The translations under genes and the position numbers were made by a program. Under the pieces are notes generated by a model, which did not search any database, had not been told where the DNA came from, and saw only the letters and a program-made list of their open reading frames with translations. A stretch of 63,996 bases of DNA, filler included, from an uncultured bacterium (GTDB lineage Bacteria > DAOPZR01), in the NCBI GenBank assembly GCA_964637655.1. It is 8 parts of 8 records of this genome, joined end to end, with 100 filler letters (N's around TTAATTAATTAA, not from the genome) between each part and the next. Parts side by side here need not be neighbours in the genome. Positions count along the whole stretch, not along the records: positions 8,430 to 16,731 come from CAZWUZ010000180.1; positions 16,832 to 25,122 come from CAZWUZ010000181.1; 6 more parts are not named here. The stretch is one strand, 5' to 3'. How positions within the stretch are numbered: the stretch's first letter is position 1; each line of letters opens with the position of its first letter. Below are positions 9,380 to 17,002 of the stretch, one piece after another.

Positions 9380-10101
9380 GGCGGCCTCAAGGCGCGCACC
9401 GAACGCAATTCCAATTGGACAGCGCACCAGGCCGCCATGGCGTCTTGCGCTGCGGTCAGCCCGGTCCGAGCCGCGCTCAATACGTCACCGGTCTTAAGCA
9501 ATGCGTTCATCAGGGCAAGGCGTGCGCCGATTTCTTCCGTCCGCGCCAACTCCAGGGCAAGCAGGAAAGCGAACCTGGCATATACGGTCAGCACATCCGT
9601 CGCGCCGACAGCACAACCGAATTCCGGCGCATAACCTGCAGCCAGCAGTCGCCTGGTCTCGAATTTACGGCACAAACCGCTGATGCACTGTGCATAGGCG
9701 GCATCTGGAACCGGCCAATGAATTCCTTGCCAGCACAGCATATCAGCCAGCAGCGCGCCGGTCTTGATTGCCCCCCCGGATACCACAGTCGCAATTTCAC
9801 TAGTCCCGTCTCCATCGATTCCGCAGTCGCCAATATACTGCAACAACCCTGCGACCTGCGAGCGCGTCGGCGATCCCATCCCCTCCGGCCATAACCACAC
9901 AGTCGCTGTCGCAATTGCCTCCGGACATTCTTCCCGCCATTTTGCGCAGCATTCGTTCCGGTCATTTTCGTACGCAGCAAGAAATGCTGCGCCAAAGTAC
10001 TGGCTGTACATGTAGTGGTTCGGGTGCCCGAAGACGTCACGGTCGGTATATTCATAACGCAAATGGTTCGCATCCCTTACGCCATTGGTGTTATCACTCA
10101 T
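9370..10101 (-). CDS. Hypothetical protein within the biosynthetic operon
   Basis: Start overlaps the kinase stop (TGATG) and the end overlaps the next gene. No recognised motif. Confidence 0.75.
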   Translation of the reverse strand: MSDNTNGVRDANHLRYEYTDRDVFGHPNHYMYSQYFGAAFLAAYENDRNECCAKWREECPEAIATATVWLWPEGMGSPTRSQVAGLLQYIGDCGIDGDGTSEIATVVSGGAIKTGALLADMLCWQGIHWPVPDAAYAQCISGLCRKFETRRLLAAGYAPEFGCAVGATDVLTVYARFAFLLALELARTEEIGARLALMNALLKTGDVLSAARTGLTAAQDAMAAWCAVQLELRSVRALRPPCC

Positions 10102-10613
10102 CACGTTTGCCGCCTTTTCAGGCATTGCCAGATTCTATCCGCCAATTCCCGCGGCGGTGTCGTAAAATCATTGGCCAATACCAGGTCAGGATCGCGCGGC
10201 TCCGGAAAATGCAGGTCGATCCCGGCGACATCACGGAGTTCGCCTGTAGCCGCGCGGGCATACAGGCCCTTGGTGTCGCGTGCTTTCAGCGTGGCTATCG
10301 AAACTTGCAGATATACCTCGAAATATTCCGGGATGTTCCGGCGGTTCCAGGTCCGGTTATCCTCAAACAGGGAAAGTATCGCGCATACCACCATGATTCC
10401 CTGCGCCGAAAGGAACTGGCAGAGGCGCGAGATCCGTTCGGCATTTTTCCTGCGGTCGGGCAGCGAGTGCCCCAGGTCGTTTCCAAACAACTCCCGCACA
10501 ACGTCGCCATCGAGCATCACTACCGGCCGGCCGGCATCCTGCAGGCGGTCACGCAGGGCAGCTGCCACCGTCGTCTTTCCCGCACCCGACAGTCCTATCA
10601 GCCAGACTACCAT
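10101..10613 (-). CDS. APS-kinase-like P-loop kinase (Cj1415-like)
   Basis: GLSGAGKTT, LDGD and RDTKGLY. It has ILSLF and GIDLHFPEP where CysC usually has ISPY and GI..PYE.P. Confidence 0.85.
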   Translation of the reverse strand: MVVWLIGLSGAGKTTVAAALRDRLQDAGRPVVMLDGDVVRELFGNDLGHSLPDRRKNAERISRLCQFLSAQGIMVVCAILSLFEDNRTWNRRNIPEYFEVYLQVSIATLKARDTKGLYARAATGELRDVAGIDLHFPEPRDPDLVLANDFTTPPRELADRIWQCLKRRQT

Positions 10614-11404
10614 TCGGCGCCAATCGCCACAAAACGCCCAAGTTTACCTTCATTGTACAGGCGTTCATACAGTTCCAGGTCGCTGGCGCCATCCACCTCA
10701 ATCCAACCGCCGGAAAAAGGAACGGCCGTGATGTTCTCCCCCCGGTCGATCAGCAGTTGCAGGAAGTCAGTCATGAACATCCGCGCCACCTGTCCATGCC
10801 GCCCTTCCTCTGCGGCTGTACGGCAAAGTTCGTCATACGCTTGCAGAAAACGTTGCCGCGCTGCGCCGGCGACCTTAAACAGGCCGATGTACTGGGCTTC
10901 GGCATCCTCGCGGCGTTGCAGTTTGCGTCCGATTTCGCGCAGGCGAAAGTCACCGTTCATCTTCAGGGTCTCCGCCTCCGCCACCGGGTCAACAAAACGC
11001 GCCTGCCACAGGTCGTACCATTGCCTGTCGACAGCAACCGCCAGATCGGCCGAGCACTCAACCACGGCCCGGATAACCAACGGCTCGACAACAATATCGC
11101 CGTAAACAACCAGAAAATCATCCTGCATTTCCTCCCGTGCGCAGAAAAGTGATGCCACCATGTTGGTTTCCTGCCAGCGCGGGTTGATAACCTTCCGAAT
11201 CTGGGGATGGATGATTTTTTCCACCTGGTAGCCGCCGACCACAGTCACCGCATGTACTCCCGCGCGGGCCAGACCGGCAATCTGCCAGTCCAGCAGCGGG
11301 CGTCCAGCCAGTTTGACCATGCACTTTGGCAGGTTTTCGGTGTATGGCCGCAAACGCGAGCCCTCACCGGCCGCCAGCAGTATCGCCTTCATCATGTCAT
11401 GCAC
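10607..11404 (-). CDS. LicC/Cj1416-like cytidylyltransferase (NTP transferase)
   Basis: AILLAAGEGSRLRP...PKC, TNMVASL, YGDIV, FMTDFLQ and WIEVD motifs. Confidence 0.88.
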   Translation of the reverse strand: MHDMMKAILLAAGEGSRLRPYTENLPKCMVKLAGRPLLDWQIAGLARAGVHAVTVVGGYQVEKIIHPQIRKVINPRWQETNMVASLFCAREEMQDDFLVVYGDIVVEPLVIRAVVECSADLAVAVDRQWYDLWQARFVDPVAEAETLKMNGDFRLREIGRKLQRREDAEAQYIGLFKVAGAARQRFLQAYDELCRTAAEEGRHGQVARMFMTDFLQLLIDRGENITAVPFSGGWIEVDGASDLELYERLYNEGKLGRFVAIGAEW

Positions 11405-11410
11405 GCTCCC

Positions 11411-12328
11411 TCAGTTTCTGCCACCGGGCTTCCGCCCGCTATACATCCATATGTTCATGATCTCGTTCACCTGCTTGACCTCTTCCCTGCCCCGCTCAAA
11501 AGCACCGGTCAAAGCGGTCATTCCCATTTCCGTGAATTCCTGCATGTGATGACCGCCCCGGCGCAAACCCAGCCGGTACAGTACCGCCCCGGCCACGGCG
11601 CGGGTCAGGGCAGGCCAGCCGCCTTCACGCAGCTTCCGTCCAAACTTTTCCCGCAGCGTCATCTGCCGCACAACCGGTCGGTCAATCTCTTGGATAATCA
11701 CCATGCGGCCACCGGGTTTGAGCACCCGCAACGCCTCGGCAATTACGCGACCGGGCACGAATACATGGTCGAGCATGGCAATCATCAAGACAGCGTCAAA
11801 CTCTCCTTCGGCAAAAGGCAACATTTCCCCGATACCAAGATGGAACGGGAAATCCATCGTCAGCGGGCGCAGGAAGTCTTCCAGCCCTGGTGGGCGGCTG
11901 ACATAGCGGTGCATGTCGGGTTCAATTACCACATATTGCCGCACCTGGGCCTGCGAAAAATACTTGCGAATCAGCCCATATCCCCCGCCAATATCAAGAA
12001 TGTCTCCACCCAGTCCGGCTGATTCAAGAAAAGGGCGGTAATGTGCGTCGTACAACGCCACCTCATCGCGCACGTATTCGACCGTATAGTTGGCAGCGCT
12101 CCAGCGCACGAAATCCGCAAGCGCCTCCCGCCACTCCGCGATCCTTGCCGGTGCAGCATGGCGGACCAGCACGCTGTCAGGGGGCATGAAATCATATCCG
12201 CCGGAACAGGTGCGACGATACGCAAGCGCACAAGCCGGGCACTCGGCCTGCGCCGCCACCAACCGCAATCCTCCGCCGCACACCGGGCATGCCAGACGAC
12301 AGGTCGCCGTATCCTTCATTTCCGCCAT
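11411..12328 (-). CDS. Class I SAM methyltransferase with N-terminal CxxC...CxxC zinc ribbon
   Basis: CPVC...CPAC, ILDIGGGYG and LPFAEGEFDAV; AGGAGG RBS before the ATG at 12328. Confidence 0.85.
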   Translation of the reverse strand: MAEMKDTATCRLACPVCGGGLRLVAAQAECPACALAYRRTCSGGYDFMPPDSVLVRHAAPARIAEWREALADFVRWSAANYTVEYVRDEVALYDAHYRPFLESAGLGGDILDIGGGYGLIRKYFSQAQVRQYVVIEPDMHRYVSRPPGLEDFLRPLTMDFPFHLGIGEMLPFAEGEFDAVLMIAMLDHVFVPGRVIAEALRVLKPGGRMVIIQEIDRPVVRQMTLREKFGRKLREGGWPALTRAVAGAVLYRLGLRRGGHHMQEFTEMGMTALTGAFERGREEVKQVNEIMNIWMYSGRKPGGRN

Positions 12329-13671
12329 CGCACACCCTCCTGCCGGAGCCGACACCACAACTGCTCCAGCCATTCGCCCCGAGTGGCGTGGAACTGCGCC
12401 AGCAACCGCCAACGCCACGCCTGCAATTCCCCGATTGAGAATCCGCCATACACGTTGTACGGAAACGGTTCGTGTCGCAGTTCCGCGCGATCAATCGCGG
12501 CATAGAGCCGCGTCCCCGGATAGACCTGCGTGATAGAAACTCCAATCGCGTCGAAGTGACATTCCCGGATGAACCGCTCGGTGGCGACCAGCGTTTCCTG
12601 CGTTTCGTTGCGATTGCCAACCATAAAGGTCCCAACCGCATACAGGCCCGCGGCCCGGGCTGCAGCCACCGCCGCCGCGATACGTTCGGGTGAAAGATTC
12701 TTACCTATCGAACGCATCAGGCCTGCATCCCCGGTTTCCACGCCAAAGCTGATGTAGGCGCAACCAGCCTGGCGCATAAGGTCGAACATCTCGCCGTCCC
12801 AGCGGTCGGCGCGCGTTTCGCCGACCCAGGACACCCGTAATCCGCGCTCGATAACCAGACGGCATAGCTCCTTGATGCGCGCGACATCGTGGCACAGGTA
12901 ATCATCGGTGAAAAAAAAGTGGCCGATCCCGAAACGGGTCACACCCTGTTCCATTTCATCCACAACACTACCGGGCGAACGCGGCCGCCACAAACCCGGG
13001 TACATCTGCGAGCAGTATTCGCAATCATTCCGGCATCCGCGCGATGAGCAAATTGGCGCGATACGATACGCCGCCATCAACCCGCGTTTAACACGCGCTC
13101 GCCGCACCAGACGGCGGAACGGTTCGTTTATCCCTGTCGACAATTCGCTGTCTGCAAAATCCGGAAACGGGAAACGATCTGGTACGGCGCACGGTCCGGC
13201 CGGAGGAATGCCCACCACTCCCTCCGCGGTCCGCATGCACACACCTGGGATGGCACGCCAGGTTTCCGGGCGCGCAAACGACCCGAGCATTTCCGCCAGC
13301 ACAATTTCGGCTTCGCCCACAATCGCCGCATCGGCCGGAAAGTCGGTAAATACTTCGCGACTGTCAGTTGCAAGATGGTAGCCACCCAATAGAAGTTTGG
13401 TTTCCGGTAGCGCCTGCTTAAGCGCGCCAGCCAGCGCCATAGCCGCGCGATAACCCGGTGAATACAAAGTCATGGCAATCACGTCCGGGGCATAAACCTG
13501 CGCCGCCCGCACGGTGGCTGCGAGGGGAAGATTAAAGCCGTCAAACACCCGCGCCTCCCATCCCGCACGCTGTGCCACCGCCTTGAGCAGGCAGAGATTG
13601 AGCGGAGCCAGACGGAAAGTGGTGATAGGGCGTCCGACAACCAGCGGCGGATTTACGAACAGGATTCTCAT
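12316..13671 (-). CDS. Cobalamin-binding radical SAM protein
   Basis: ILFVNPP and GGYH...GEAE (B12 domain), SRGCRNDCEYC (CX3CX2C), FGVETG. Confidence 0.93.
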   Translation of the reverse strand: MRILFVNPPLVVGRPITTFRLAPLNLCLLKAVAQRAGWEARVFDGFNLPLAATVRAAQVYAPDVIAMTLYSPGYRAAMALAGALKQALPETKLLLGGYHLATDSREVFTDFPADAAIVGEAEIVLAEMLGSFARPETWRAIPGVCMRTAEGVVGIPPAGPCAVPDRFPFPDFADSELSTGINEPFRRLVRRARVKRGLMAAYRIAPICSSRGCRNDCEYCSQMYPGLWRPRSPGSVVDEMEQGVTRFGIGHFFFTDDYLCHDVARIKELCRLVIERGLRVSWVGETRADRWDGEMFDLMRQAGCAYISFGVETGDAGLMRSIGKNLSPERIAAAVAAARAAGLYAVGTFMVGNRNETQETLVATERFIRECHFDAIGVSITQVYPGTRLYAAIDRAELRHEPFPYNVYGGFSIGELQAWRWRLLAQFHATRGEWLEQLWCRLRQEGVRWRK

Positions 13672-14411
13672 GTTTTCTCCGCACACAGGCAGAAGGCAAT
13701 GCTGTATGGCGAATCGTTGCCCCCGCGCTCGCACAAGGTGCAGAACAGATTTAGCAGAAAAAACAGCGGGGTCAGCAGCGGCAGGGCCAGCGCCAACACG
13801 TACTTCCGTCGCGGGCCGCTCCCCAGCAGGTCAATATACAGGTAATTGGCAAGGTTGCGCCCAAGGCACGTCCAGAATCCACCATACTGTTCCACGCGAA
13901 TATTTCGATAGCCCAGCTTGTCATAATAGTATCGGGTACCGAACCGCGTAAAACGCCAGTAATCGACCGGCGTCAGGTGCTCGTAGAACATGAACGGCAC
14001 AGTAAGCAGAATCCTGCCGCCAGGCTTAAGCACGCGATGCGCTTCGGCTATGACCGCTGCGAAATCCTCGACATGCTCCAGGACCCCGATAAGCATGACG
14101 CTGTCACAGCTCTCCCGGCTCAGCGGCAGACAATCGCCCCGCGCCTCGATGTCCCGCGTTTCGCGCTGCTGTTGATAGGTGAATGGATTTTCGTGACGAC
14201 AGGTATAGTCCAGTCCGACATATGCGGTCACGTTTGGGCAATACCCCCGGTTGGCCTTCTGTCCGCAGCCGATATCAACGACTCTACCGCGCAGTTCCGG
14301 ACCGTACGTACGCATCAGGCGGTCGAAGGCCCGCTCGCCTAGGTACAGCGGGCCCCACAAGCTGCGCAGATATGCCTCGAAATACCTTGTCAAGCCAGTG
14401 CGCTTTAGCAT
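13668..14411 (-). CDS. Class I SAM-dependent methyltransferase
   Basis: VVDIGCG, VLEHV, LKPGG and PVDYWRFT motifs. Confidence 0.9.
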   Translation of the reverse strand: MLKRTGLTRYFEAYLRSLWGPLYLGERAFDRLMRTYGPELRGRVVDIGCGQKANRGYCPNVTAYVGLDYTCRHENPFTYQQQRETRDIEARGDCLPLSRESCDSVMLIGVLEHVEDFAAVIAEAHRVLKPGGRILLTVPFMFYEHLTPVDYWRFTRFGTRYYYDKLGYRNIRVEQYGGFWTCLGRNLANYLYIDLLGSGPRRKYVLALALPLLTPLFFLLNLFCTLCERGGNDSPYSIAFCLCAEKT

Positions 14412-15808
14412 TGTCGTTCCTCCCGTCTCATTACCTTTCGCAGGAGACCGAGCACAAGCGCCGGCACTCGCAACAGTTTACCCTGCCGGTACCAGCCTAG
14501 CGGATTGAAGAGGCGGAGGAAATAGCCAAGCCGTCTTGCCATAGCCCAGTGGCGAATAACCGCAAGATTGACCCGCAGCCAATGGTAGCGGATGGTCTCT
14601 TCGTCCATGGCCACCTGATACACCGGTGGATTTTGGTCAGTAAGCCAGTATTCATCGCTGATCACACCTTTCGCCTTCGCCTGATTGTACCAATCGCAAT
14701 CGGGGTAGAGCGTCGCGACATGGACATCGGCATTGCCAGGCTTGATTTCATCCACCAGTGCAATCGTCTCGTCAATGGTCGCCGCGGTTTCGCCAGGACA
14801 GCCGACTATCCAGTACGGCCAGAAACCGATCCCTGCCGCCTGCACCAGCGCCGCGGTTTCCCGGGCCTGCACAACGGTGGTCCCTTTGCCGATGTTGTCG
14901 AGAATCGTCTGCGATCCGCTTTCCAGACCGAACTGGATACGCGAACAACCGGCCGCCTTCATCTTGCCCAGTGTGTCGCTATCAACGCTGCCGACCCGGC
15001 CGGTAGCAAACCAGGTGAAACGTAAATTACGGCGCAGTATTTCGTCGCAGAATGCGTTGACAAAGGCACGGTCAACGGTAAAATTTTCTCCAGTAACGGA
15101 AACGGCGGAAAAACGGTAACGGGAAAGGCAGTCTTCGATCTCATCAATTATCGCCTCAGGCCTTCTCTTCCGCCAAGTGCGGCCCCATTGCGCCTGGGCT
15201 GAGCAGAACTCACATTGAAAGGGGCAGCCGCGAGTGCTGAATACGATGTTGGCGTAGCGGCTGGCCGGGTAGCGGTCCCATTGCAGCACTTCCCGTGACG
15301 GCCACGGGATCCGATCAAGATCGGTGATCAGCGGCCGCGCTGCATGCCGCTCGGGTCTGCCCTCACGACGCGAGGCAATGCCCGCAATAAGGTCGACCGG
15401 GCGTCCCTCCAGCAGGGCCGGGAAAAGTTCCGCCGCAGTATCCTCGCCCTCGCCCAGTACGAGGCAGCTGACTTCCGGATAATTTCGCAGGATTAGCTCC
15501 CACATCACGGTCGCGTGCACCCCCCCCCACACCACGCTCGTTCCGGGGTGATGTGCGGCGACAGCACGGCTCACGTCGCGGGCACCGCTTCGTGAATTGG
15601 TCAGGCAGTTTACTCCCAGTGCTTTCGCCGGATGACTGCGAATATACGATTCCATCTGCCCCTTCGACCAGTCGAACATATCCACCAATTCGACATTCAG
15701 TCCGCGGCCAACAAGCACCGCATGCAGGTAGGCCAGGGCAATGGGCGGATGCTCGGCCTGCAAAACATTTTCATAGAGCGGAGGGGCTACCAGCAGTACA
15801 TCTTTCAC
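14405..15808 (-). CDS. Cobalamin-binding radical SAM protein
   Basis: LLVAPP and GGVHAT...GEGE (B12 domain), TRGCPFQCEFC, FGLESGS. Confidence 0.93.
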   Translation of the reverse strand: MKDVLLVAPPLYENVLQAEHPPIALAYLHAVLVGRGLNVELVDMFDWSKGQMESYIRSHPAKALGVNCLTNSRSGARDVSRAVAAHHPGTSVVWGGVHATVMWELILRNYPEVSCLVLGEGEDTAAELFPALLEGRPVDLIAGIASRREGRPERHAARPLITDLDRIPWPSREVLQWDRYPASRYANIVFSTRGCPFQCEFCSAQAQWGRTWRKRRPEAIIDEIEDCLSRYRFSAVSVTGENFTVDRAFVNAFCDEILRRNLRFTWFATGRVGSVDSDTLGKMKAAGCSRIQFGLESGSQTILDNIGKGTTVVQARETAALVQAAGIGFWPYWIVGCPGETAATIDETIALVDEIKPGNADVHVATLYPDCDWYNQAKAKGVISDEYWLTDQNPPVYQVAMDEETIRYHWLRVNLAVIRHWAMARRLGYFLRLFNPLGWYRQGKLLRVPALVLGLLRKVMRREERQC

Positions 15809-16578
15809 GACACATTACCTCCGCCCGGTTGGCTCTTGGTCCGATCATGGCGATAGGCGGCGATGCAATTCATCGCCAGCATTGACGCCACCAGCAACAG
15901 ATTGTTGAAGACAAAGTATCCGAAATATACCCAATAAACATTCAGTTGAAAGTGTTCTTGCACGGGGATGCAAAGCAATGCCGCCGCAATGAAAACGTAA
16001 TCTCCCAACCAACCAAACGCCTCTACCATATTCTTAAGCAACCGGCGCGTTTCAGACTCGACGGCCGGTTCCATGTTTTGTTGCAAACTACTTGTACCCG
16101 CAGAAAGTTGTTCAAGCCGCAACCGATATTTATACACGCTCATCCAGAGATACAGCATGAAAAGTATTGCATTGGCCGCGTACAGGTAAAAGAAGCCCGG
16201 TGCCGTTTCCTTGAATTTGATGACCAACAACATTCCAAAGAGCGCATACGAGGCCCACCAGACGCCCTCCAATGCCTCAAGCAGCCGTCCGGTCTTCGTC
16301 TTGCGATTCTGCAGCACAGCCAAGTCGCCATCAACCTTGTCCAGCAGGATCGAAGCGAGATAGCATCCCAGCAAGAAACCGATATCCCGCCAACGGTAAA
16401 AATCAAAGCCGTAAAATGCAACCACCCAATAGAACCCCAAGTATATATAGAAACGCAGCAGTGACACCATATTCGGGGTAACCATCGTCGGAGCAAGCAG
16501 ACGCGTTACCGGCACGGTCAGCAACCGGAACGGTCGATCCATTATATGATATGGCTTAATCGGAGTGAATACGTTCAT
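15805..16578 (-). CDS. CDP-alcohol phosphotransferase family membrane protein (non-canonical motif)
   Basis: TPNMVS and DKVDGDLA...GRLLEALEG, with multiple TM helices. ATGA overlap with the upstream gene. Confidence 0.8.
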   Translation of the reverse strand: MNVFTPIKPYHIMDRPFRLLTVPVTRLLAPTMVTPNMVSLLRFYIYLGFYWVVAFYGFDFYRWRDIGFLLGCYLASILLDKVDGDLAVLQNRKTKTGRLLEALEGVWWASYALFGMLLVIKFKETAPGFFYLYAANAILFMLYLWMSVYKYRLRLEQLSAGTSSLQQNMEPAVESETRRLLKNMVEAFGWLGDYVFIAAALLCIPVQEHFQLNVYWVYFGYFVFNNLLLVASMLAMNCIAAYRHDRTKSQPGGGNVS

Positions 16579-16730
16579 GTTCTTCCTCGCCACGAAAGCA
16601 GGGCGCCTACATACGGCAATTCATTCCAGACTACGACCCGCAAACCGATAATCCCGATTAGCCAAATTGCCGTGACCGTGGTCAGATTGAGCACCGGTTC
16701 ACGAATCAGTAGAGCCGCGGTACCGGTCGG
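16575..16730 (-). CDS. C-terminal fragment of a membrane protein (possibly flippase-like), 5' truncated
   Basis: Manual translation PTGTAALLIREPVLNLTTVTAIWLIGIIGLRVVVWNELPYVGALLSWRGRT*. The stop overlaps the next ATG. Confidence 0.5.
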   Translation of the reverse strand, partial: PTGTAALLIREPVLNLTTVTAIWLIGIIGLRVVVWNELPYVGALLSWRGRT

Positions 16731-16831
16731 TNNNNNNNNNNNNNNNNNNNNNNNNNNNNNNNNNNNNNNNNNNNNTTAATTAATTAANNNNNNNNNNNNN
16801 NNNNNNNNNNNNNNNNNNNNNNNNNNNNNNN

Positions 16832-16885
16832 CTTCCTCTCCCGCTATGAACAGCGGGCGAGGGGACAGACGGGCTGAATAGTTGC
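16832..16885 (-). mobile_element. Partial copy of the 151-bp MITE at the contig end
   Basis: Exact 54-bp reverse-complement match to 45766-45819, including the terminal repeat. Confidence 0.85.
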
Positions 16886-16932
16886 CTCCATTGTATCTTA
16901 TACGGCGGCTGGAGCGCACGCGTTGCAGACAG

Positions 16933-16961
16933 TTGACGGCTTGGGAGCACCGTAGTACGAT
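16933..16961 (+). promoter_or_regulatory. sigma70-type promoter
   Basis: TTGACG-17 bp-TACGAT upstream of the ATG at 17003. Confidence 0.6.
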
Positions 16962-17002
16962 ACCGATGCGGGGGCGAACCGGCCCCGCCAAAGGGGAACC
17001 CC

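Noticed and set aside
10101-10613. Calling this gene cysC (sulfate assimilation)
   Set aside because: No cysDN or sulfotransferase is nearby, CysC-typical motifs are altered, and the context fits a Cj1415-like kinase better.
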